The notes under the pieces were generated by a model that was not told where the DNA came from, did no database searches, and was given only the letters and a program-made list of their open reading frames with translations. Positions 45,582-64,000 of a stretch of 64,000 nucleotides of DNA are shown here, one piece after another. The DNA is from the human T2T-CHM13v2.0 reference genome, Homo sapiens: the NCBI RefSeq assembly GCF_009914755.1, contig NC_060940.1; one strand, 5' to 3'. The position numbers were made by a program, and so were the translations under genes. Every line of letters begins with the position of its first letter. Positions within the stretch are counted from its first letter, which is position 1.

Positions 45582-48016
45582 TGACCTCAGGGAATCCACC
45601 CACCTTGGCCTCCCAAAGTGCTGGGATTACAGGTGTGAGCCACTGTGCCCAGCCTGGAATTTTTAATTTTATTTTATGGTGCTTAAAATCTCAATCATTT
45701 CCTCTGATTTCTCTTATTACTTAGGCTTCTAAGCACAAAGCCTTCCTCATTTTTAGAAAGCTGTTCACCTTTTTCTTTTTAAAGTTTTGTGTGTGTTTTT
45801 GTTTGTTTTGTTTCATTTTGAGACAGGGTCTCACTCTGCCGCCCAGGCTGGAGTACAATGGCACAATCATGGCTCACTGCAGCCTCAACCTCCCCAGGTT
45901 CAGGAGATCCTCCCACCTCAGCCTCCTGAATAGCTGAGACCCCAGGCGCACACCACCATGCCCAGCTGACTTTTTGTATTTTTAGTATTGATGGAGTATC
46001 TCCATGTTTCCCAAGCCAATCTCGAACTCCTGGGCTCAAGCGATCTGCTGGCCTTGGCCTCTCAGTGTTTGAATTACAGGCGTAAGTCTCTGTACCTGGC
46101 CACTAATGCTTTTTTTTTTTATTTTGATACAGAGTCTCGCTCTGTTGCCCAGGCTGAAGTGCAGTGGCGTGATCTTGACGCACTACAACCTCCACCTCCT
46201 GGGTTCAAGCAGTTGTCTGCCTCAGCCTCCCGAGTAGTTGGGATTACAGGTGCCCGCCACTAAGCACAGTTAATTTCTGTATTTTTAGTGGAGACGGGGT
46301 TTCACCATGTTGGCCAGGCTGGTCTTGAACTCCTGACCTTATTATCCACCCGCCTTGGCCTCCCGAAGTGCTGAGATTACAGGCGTGAGCCACCACACTT
46401 GGCCCTGCCAATGCTTCTTTGTTTCATACAACAGATACATTCCAAATGGATTAAAGATAACTTCTGTTTTTTTCCTACATAGTTAACTGTTTTTCTGGTA
46501 CCTTTTATGCAGTAATTCTCTTTTCCCTACTGATTTAAAATGACAGCTTTTTATTTGCTAGGCTTTGTTTCTGGATTCTCTCTTCTGTTTAAATTGTCTG
46601 CCTATAGTAGTAACAGTACCACATTATATGAATTATGTAGCTTTATGGATATAGATAATAGTGTCGCTACTTAGTGAGGTTTTTTAAATGCCTCCTGGAG
46701 GAGTTTGGGGCTGGAGGGGAAGGGTTGTTTTCTTTTTGGTTTTGTTTTTCTTAGTTTTTTTTTAGACCATGTCTCACTTTATTGCCCAGGCCAGAGTGCA
46801 GAGGCATGATCACTACTCACTATAGCCTTAACCTCCTGGGCTCAGGCGATCCTCCCAGCTTAGCCTCCAGGTAGCTGGGACTACAGGCATACACCATCAC
46901 ACCTGACTAATTTTTTAAAGTTTTTGTAGAGATGGTGTCCTACTGTGTTGCCCAGGCCTGGTCTCAGACTCCTGTGCTCAAGCAATCCACTCTCCTCAGC
47001 CTCCCAAAGTCCTAGCAGTCAGGTGTGAGTCACTGCACCTGGCCAGTGGAAGAGTTTTATAATCTTCAAATAGACCCTGCACATTTTCAGTTCACGTTAT
47101 TCTTTTTCTTGTATCTTTTTATGTTTATGTATATTTTCCTATATTTATTTAATAGATTGTATATACACTTTCAAGTTTATAGCCCATCTTGTTCCAGAAA
47201 GAACTTGAAGAAATATTTAGGAAAGACAGATAATAAGTGATATAAATAAACCAGAAAATACAAATTATAATAGAAAGTTATTATTACATGGTTTGAGAGG
47301 CAACAAATTAATCAAGCTGTAGCCAGCTAAAAAAATGGCAACATGATCCTGTTACATAGGTTTCACAATGAAAGAAAAAAATTTCCTTGAAGAAAAGCTT
47401 TTCCAAGTATTTAACTCCCAGTGCAATTTCTCCCACATATCTTTTAGTGTAAGCTAAGGCATGATGCCAAAGTGAAACTCGATAAAAGCAATTCTGTAGG
47501 GGATAAGGCCGTGTGGCCCAAGTATACCCAGCTTTCTGATGGTCTGGCATAATTCTGGGATAAAGCCTAGACTAGAATGCTGAATTCCACAGAGAGGTCA
47601 AGTCAGATGAGGACAGAAAAGCCTCGGTGGATTTACCAATTAAAGGCCATTGCTGGCCTCAGAGCAGCTCCGTAAAGTATTGGGGATCAGAAACCAAACT
47701 GGTGAGTGGAAAGTAAGGAAAGAATTAGAGACAGCAAGTGTTAAGTTGAGCGTGGTAGGAAAAAAGAGATGACAGATACTAAATCGTGCATTGGGGTTGA
47801 GGGGAGTTATAAATGGGCAAGATTTAAGCAACATAGAGCTAGCTAAGAAGTGGCTGAAGTGGCCGGGTGCGGTGGCTGAAGCGGCCGAATGTGGTGGCTC
47901 ACGCCTGTAATCCCAGCACTTTGGGAGGCCGAGGCTGGTGGATCACGAGGTCAGGAGATCGAGACCATCCTGGCCAACGTGGTGAAACCTCGTCTCTAGT
48001 AAAAATACAAAAACTA

Positions 48017-48160
<144 letters not shown>

Positions 48161-48977
48161 TCAAAGAAAAATAAGTGGCTGAAGCAAGAGGAGGAAGAAC
48201 TGATCCATGCCCCCTAAGGATACAGGCCTCTGGGGTCTCTGTGTTGGAGCCTAGGCCCTTGCATCCTCACACTCACCATTCAGCAGGGGCAGAGAAGCAT
48301 TAAGATGCCAGTTTTCCTTCCTTTTAGCCCCTCATCCCCGATTGCCTGGATTGTTCTTCCTCAGTCTGGAGGAACCTCCTGTTCATCATCTACACAGAAG
48401 TTGACTGAATAATAAAATTTTTTTATCTAAGCTTCACTTTTTCACCTAGATGATAGAGAAACACAATAAGGATCTGGTCTTAGGAGCTCCATTTTATGGT
48501 GATACCACAGTCCGGACGACTAAACCACCCACTTTGCCAAGCTCATTTAGTTGGTTAGTGATGGATTGGGTATACTGGAGTTTCTGTTTATTCCCTGTCC
48601 AGTGTCATTGAGTTGAAGGTGACAGCCAAACATTAGTAGATCCTTTAGGCAGTGAAACTGGGATTGCAGATATGGATTGGAAAGACCTCTGTGTAGAAAC
48701 AGTGGAAGTTAAAAGGCTAGTGTAATGGGCGGCTACGGAGCCTTGGTGTGCTCAGGGGGGCTGGTGAAAGAGTACTCAGAGACGAAGGGAGCTAAGGGAG
48801 GAAAGAGGCTTATGAAGGAATAGGATGAGTTTCATCTTGTCAGATGCCAGAGAAACTGAGATTTAGAAAGAGGGAAAGGCCCTTGGGTTGACTCTGGTGG
48901 TTCTTGATGGATGGTACCTGTGGGCCAAACAAAGGGGCCGCAGAGGGCTAAGGAGGGAGTTGAGTCCTTTTTAGTAA

Positions 48978-49292
<315 letters not shown>

Positions 49293-49881
49293 TAGCCTGG
49301 CTAATGTGTGTTTTTTAAAATTTGTTTTTAGAGATGGGGTCTCCCCATGTTGCCTGTGCTGGGCTTGAACTCTTGGGCTCAAGTGATCTACTTCAGCCTC
49401 CCAAAGTGCTGGGATTACAGGCTTGAGCCATCACACCTAGTCATAAGGACAGATTTTTTGAGATAGAGCAAAGCCATATATAGAAGTGTATATAAATTCC
49501 ATATATAGTATGATTTCATATATATACAAAATATATACCTTTAACTGAATAGCTGAGAAAACAGCATCAGAATATTAGGTGATTTTCGTAATCTGGAGGA
49601 AAAAAAATGTGTCCTGTAAGTAAATTAAAACCGCTTTGAGTGATATAAACTTCATTTTGGTGGCGATATTGGTCCACAAAAAATATTTGATGAAACCTAG
49701 AAGGCATGGGCGACTCAAGCAAGCATAGAGCCAAAAAATATGTAGGAATTAGAGTGAGTGGGTATGTTTTGTACTAAGAGGAACTGAGTATTTGAAAGCA
49801 GTAAAGAAAGGAGATGGATTGGAGCTGCTAGTGTCGGGAGAGGCAGCTAGAAGCGCAGTCCCCAGGGAGTGGGGAGAATGA

Positions 49882-50355
<474 letters not shown>

Positions 50356-50443
50356 TGAGATTCTGAGCAGTGTATTGAGAGGCTGATGGCTTGCTACTTT
50401 GTGTCTGATTTTTCTCTATTAAAAATAGAAGCTATTGCTTTAA

Positions 50444-50957
<514 letters not shown>

Positions 50958-51449
50958 TAAGTTTTCAAATTCACACCAGAGACCAGATAGAATTTTTTTC
51001 CGTTGTCTTCAAGTTGTAGCATCAAATTATATGCTACAAAATCCTGGAGACCCCAAAGATTGTTTTTCCTCTACCAATTTTATTATTGAGGATATTTAAA
51101 TAGTCTGGGATTATGTAGTGACTCTGGCAGGGTCACCACATTTACATTCACAGCATCTCAATTTTTTGTTCTTTGATACCTTTTCTGAGAATGTCACTCT
51201 GAAGTAAATTGGGCTTTTTGTATGTTCCCTAGCTCCAGACATCTGGATTATCATTCCCTTTGCAGGGATACTAACTTTTGGGGCTTTTCAGGGACTGAAA
51301 AACTTCTCTTAAAAAGTTTTTTTCTGGGGGCTGGGCACGGTGGTTCATGTCTTTAATCCCAGCACTTTGGGAGGCCGAGGCCGGCAGATTACCTGAGGTC
51401 AGGAGTTCAAGACCAGCCTGACCAACATGGAGAAACCCTGTCTCTCCTA

Positions 51450-53622
<2,173 letters not shown>

Positions 53623-53729
53623 AGCCTAGAGAATTTATATTCTAAAGATAATCTGTCTGAACAGTACTGAGTATATAAAATTAATTATAGTTAGGATTAT
53701 GCTTAGTCTTTTACAATCAGAGGTATAAA

Positions 53730-53762
<33 letters not shown>

Positions 53763-53764
53763 GA

Positions 53765-53923
<159 letters not shown>

Positions 53924-55555
53924 TAGTAGAGATGGTGTTTCACCGTGTTAGCCAGGATGGTCTCGGTCTCCTGACCTCATGATCCACCCGCCTTCGCCTC
54001 CCAAAGTGCTGGGATTACAGGCGTGAGCCACCACGCTTGGCCTAAATGACATCTTATAATAAAAATACTAGCACTTTGCTCATTTTTAATTTATAGGTGA
54101 ATTATAAAGCATTCTACAAATGTTCTTTGATCCCCACCTTCTGCGGTAACATTTTTTTATATTTGTCCCCACTGTCATGGAACAGCATAGTAAGAAGCCT
54201 TTGCATTGGATGTTGTTGTATTTTTCTCTTGGTTGTTGAGAACAAGGGACTAATGAAAGAAAGAAGGTAATGGAAGAATAAACCAAACTGGCAATCCAAC
54301 AACCTCGGGAGTTTACCTTGAGCCTTGTTTTTTTCCAGGCAGATGGTGGGGTTTGCTGAATCTGTCCAAAAGTATATGTTGCTTCAAGCCCGGCTTTTGC
54401 CCTTAAAGAGCTTTCACACCCAACTGGGAAAATAGATCGTTTTGAGAAAATTTTAAGTGCTAAACTGTGTCCTTATTTTATCAGAAACACATTTGGAGCA
54501 AAGTAGTGGCCACAAGAACCTCAGAAAGCTTTGTTGTGCCAGGGATGAGCTGGTGTTGAGAGGAGTGGATCAGACGTAAAGTACAGAGTGAAGACAGGGA
54601 GATGACAGTAGGAACTGTGTCTGGATGAAAAGACAGCTTGACTGAAGGGGAGAGTGCTAGAGGGCAAGACATAAATCTGAATAGGTTATCATGGGGTCAG
54701 GTACGAAGGGGCTTTGTGAGCCAGAAGGGTGGTAAGTGCATCATGTAGTTTTTGCAAAAGTAGAGACACACTTTTTGAGGAAATTAAGTCTTCTTCTTTG
54801 TGAAATGAGTGAATCTTTACTTCTCTGCCCAGAAAGCATAAGTGGTTTTCCATTGCCAGTCATCTGAGGTATTTTGTTATTCAAGACCATCCAAACTATG
54901 GGGGGCAACCAGCACATCTTTCACCTGTCTTACTACCCTCTCCTCTGTCCTGTGCTTTAAGCCAGTTCTTTTTCTTACTCATAACTAATTCCCACATGTA
55001 TTTATTGTACCCAGAAATCCAAACCTTTCCCCTACAGAATACATCCTCTGCCCTCCACTGTCAAACTCTGCCTTTAAATGTCCTGCTCACGTTTCAGGGT
55101 TCCGTTCAAATTCCACATTTATGAAGCATTTTTCTATCACACCTGGTTATGTTATCTTTCTCCAAACCTATGTAATTTCACCTTGAACCATTGTGCTACC
55201 TATTTTGTCCTTTATGTTAGACAGTAACTCCTAGAATGTAGGACCAGGCCTCCCAAAATGCTGGGATTACAGGCGTGAGCCACCACGCCCGGCCCCTATT
55301 TTGCTCTTGTTTAGGTAATGTCATTCTCTCTGTAGTAGTTCTTGTGCTGCCTCTCAGGTGGTCCTGGCTTAAGGAGTCTTCTCTGACTGCTATCATGGAT
55401 ATAATACAATGTTAAGGTGCCTAGACAGAGAATTGGAGAAAAGTGTGTCTAATAGAACTAACAAAAGCTTCGTTTGAGCTGTATTCTTGGCCAAAAATAC
55501 AAAACACTTCAATGTTTTGTTTTGGGTTTTTTTTTTTTTTTTTTTTGAGACATAG

Positions 55556-56388
<833 letters not shown>

Positions 56389-56586
56389 TAAGAGCCAAAA
56401 ACTATGAATTGGCTGATTTGTTTTCTGCTTTCTATTATATATTCAATTTGGTTGGCATTTATTGAGTACTTACCATCCTGGGCACAGTGCTAAAGAGTAA
56501 AAACCGTGGCTGGGCGTGGTGGCTCACGCCTGTAGTCCCAGCACTTTGGGAGGCCGAGGCGGACAGATCACGAGGTCAGAAGTTCA

Positions 56587-56880
<294 letters not shown>

Positions 56881-56906
56881 TCAGGAAATCGAGACCATCC
56901 TGGCTA

Positions 56907-57138
<232 letters not shown>

Positions 57139-57296
57139 TTATTCTCAGGGAATTCCTGATCTCATTGTCAGGAGAGAGGTGAATGTCAAGTTGATGGTAT
57201 GACATGGGCAGTTTTGTGCAGTGTCTACAAACACGGCCATTGCAGTCTGGATCTAAGTTCTGAGTTTGGCTTCAAAAAACAAGGTCAAAAACCCTT

Positions 57297-58165
57297 GACA
57301 GGGTGGGGAAAATGGGGAATTGCTGTTGAGTGGGTATAAAGTTTCAGTTATGCAAGATGAGTAAGTTCTAGAGATCTGCTACACAACATAGTTCCTGTAT
57401 TAATCGTATAGCATTATGCACTTTGAATTATGTTGAGGATGGATCTCATGATAAATATTATCACCAAAAACAAAATACAAGGAAATTTTGGAGGTGTATT
57501 TAGTGTTTTTTTTTTTCTTTTTTGAGACGGAGTTTCGTTCTTGTTGCCCAGGCTGCACAGTACAATGGCGCAATCTTGGCTCACCGCAACCTCCACCTCC
57601 CGGGTCAAACGATTCTCCTGCCTCAGCCTCCCAAGTAGCCAGGATTACATACAGGCATGCACCATCACACCTGGCTAATTTTGTATTTTTACTTAGGACG
57701 GGGTTTCTCCATGTTGTTCAGGGTGGTCTCGTACTCCCGACCTCAGGTGATCCACACACCTCAGCCTCCCAAAGTGCTGGGATTATAGGCGTGAGCCACC
57801 ACGTGCTTAATAAAGCTACCTTAATAAAGCTTTTTACAAAACATTGGCAGACCCGGGCACAGTGGCTCAGTCACATGTATAATCCCAGCACTTTGGGAGG
57901 CTTAGGTGGGAGGATTGCTTCAGCCCAGGAGTTCAAGGCCAGTCTGGAAATGTGGCAAGACCCCATAATTGCAGAAAATTAAGCTAATTCATATATGCAT
58001 CATCTCACATCCTTGTCATTTTTTGTGATGAGAACACTTAAAAATCTGCTCTCAGTTATTTTCAGGTATACGTTATTATTAACTGTAATATTCATGTTGT
58101 ATAATAGATCTCTTGAACTTATTCCCACTGAAATTATATGTCCTTTACCAGTGTCTTCCCCACTA
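57297..58165. mobile_element. L1M 3' fragments (sense ~57297-57500, antisense ~57990-58165) with intervening Alus
   Basis: GGGTATAAAGTTTCAGTTATGCAAGATGAGTAAGTTCTAGAGATCTG and AATAGATCTCTTGAACTTATTC motifs. Confidence 0.65.
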
Positions 58166-58346
58166 CATGTGTAAGATTTAAATTAGTTTTGTTAGTAATT
58201 CTTTAATATCATCAGATATCCAGAGTTGAAATTTCTAATTGTCTTGTGTCACATCTTTTTCACCATTTATTGGTTTGAATCAGGATCCAAAGAAGATTCA
58301 TGCATTGTGATTGATTACTGTCTCTTTAAGACTCTTTTATCTGTAT

Positions 58347-58870
<524 letters not shown>

Positions 58871-59104
58871 ATCTACTGGTTCTCCCTCCAATCAGTCTTC
58901 CCTTGTATTCTTCTTGTTATCTATTTGCAGAAGAACCTGAGTATAATCTTGCAGTGTTTCCCTCGGTATGGATTTCACTGATTTAATCCCTGTAGTATAA
59001 TTTAACATCCTGAGTCACCAATTTCCTGTTAATTGGGTTGGATCTAGAGACTTGATTGGTTTCAGAGTTTTGGAGTTTGTTTGACAAAATTGCATTATAG
59101 GTAG

Positions 59105-59423
<319 letters not shown>

Positions 59424-59548
59424 AGTAGTGGTTGTTTCTTTCATCAAGAGGCACATGTCTGTTGTGTCTTTTTTAATATTAACAACCATTGATGCCTAAT
59501 TCATTCACCAAAGGGTCTTTTTGTTTTAAAATGTATATTTTTATTTAG

Positions 59549-60412
<864 letters not shown>

Positions 60413-60683
60413 TAAAACCATTTTGGGATAAGCATACAACACAGTGCATATGCAAGTTGTTTTATATTAACCGTATTTGTAAAAGGTCGTTATGTGGGTA
60501 CCGTTCTTTAAAACCAGTCTAAAATAAGTTTTTTCCAGATTGAATGCTCTTTTTTTAATCCCAAAGAAGAAGGAAATGTATTAGTGACATGAGATAATTA
60601 TGACTTATATTGGGTTTTGTTATTAAAAGCTAATCAAATATATTTGTAGAAATTTAAGATTAGGATTAATCTTAACACTTTGA

Positions 60684-60899
<216 letters not shown>

Positions 60900-61157
60900 T
60901 AAGAATGTTGGGGGCTACAACAGCAAATGCTCAGACTTCGCTTTTTAGTATTCATTCAAGCTGACTCCAGCGGGAATTTAAAGGAAGTTTTTATTATTTC
61001 TTATGATGCCCTTTTTGTAATCATGATTTTATTGTAAGCACTTGGACTTAGTTATTATAGACAAATGTAAAGAAAATTTAATGAAAAATAACACCCTCTC
61101 TCTTAAAAAAAAGAAGTCTCAGGCAATAGATGCCTGGTACTATGAGGAAGAATGTTA

Positions 61158-61394
<237 letters not shown>

Positions 61395-61420
61395 CTACCT
61401 TTATTTAAAAAAAAAAAAGT

Positions 61421-63921
<2,501 letters not shown>

Positions 63922-64000
63922 GAGGATGGGCCTTGAGTGAAGGGATGTAGGTGGTCATGTGGCACAGCCTAATGGAACTCCCTGCCCCACAGCAGTGTCC

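Overview
Human (primate) genomic DNA containing the 5' part of CTCF on the + strand. The layout is about 10.5 kb of repeat-rich upstream DNA, a CpG-island promoter (~10560-12420) and non-coding exon 1 (ends 11491). Non-coding exon 2 (19915-20031) is followed by a 39.6-kb intron 2, then coding exon 3 (59594-60383, ATG at 59603) and exon 4 (60721-60891, zinc fingers 1-2). The gene continues past the window. Most of the rest is very dense Alu sequence plus MER2, MER20, MER21, MER33, MER5A and L1 fragments, and nearly all other ORFs in the track are Alu or CpG-island artefacts. No prokaryotic-type system is present. The best leads are: (1) inverted AluY pairs bracketing exons 3-4, the exons missing from CTCF-s, whose circular by-product would encode the cohesin-binding N-terminus; (2) exon 2 as a uORF/reading-frame switch, plus two candidate cryptic 5'UTR exons; (3) unusual splice signals around exon 4; (4) a BC200-like retrocopy; (5) several fold-back or templated-insertion scars. 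Repeat family names come from recalled consensus sequences, not a search.
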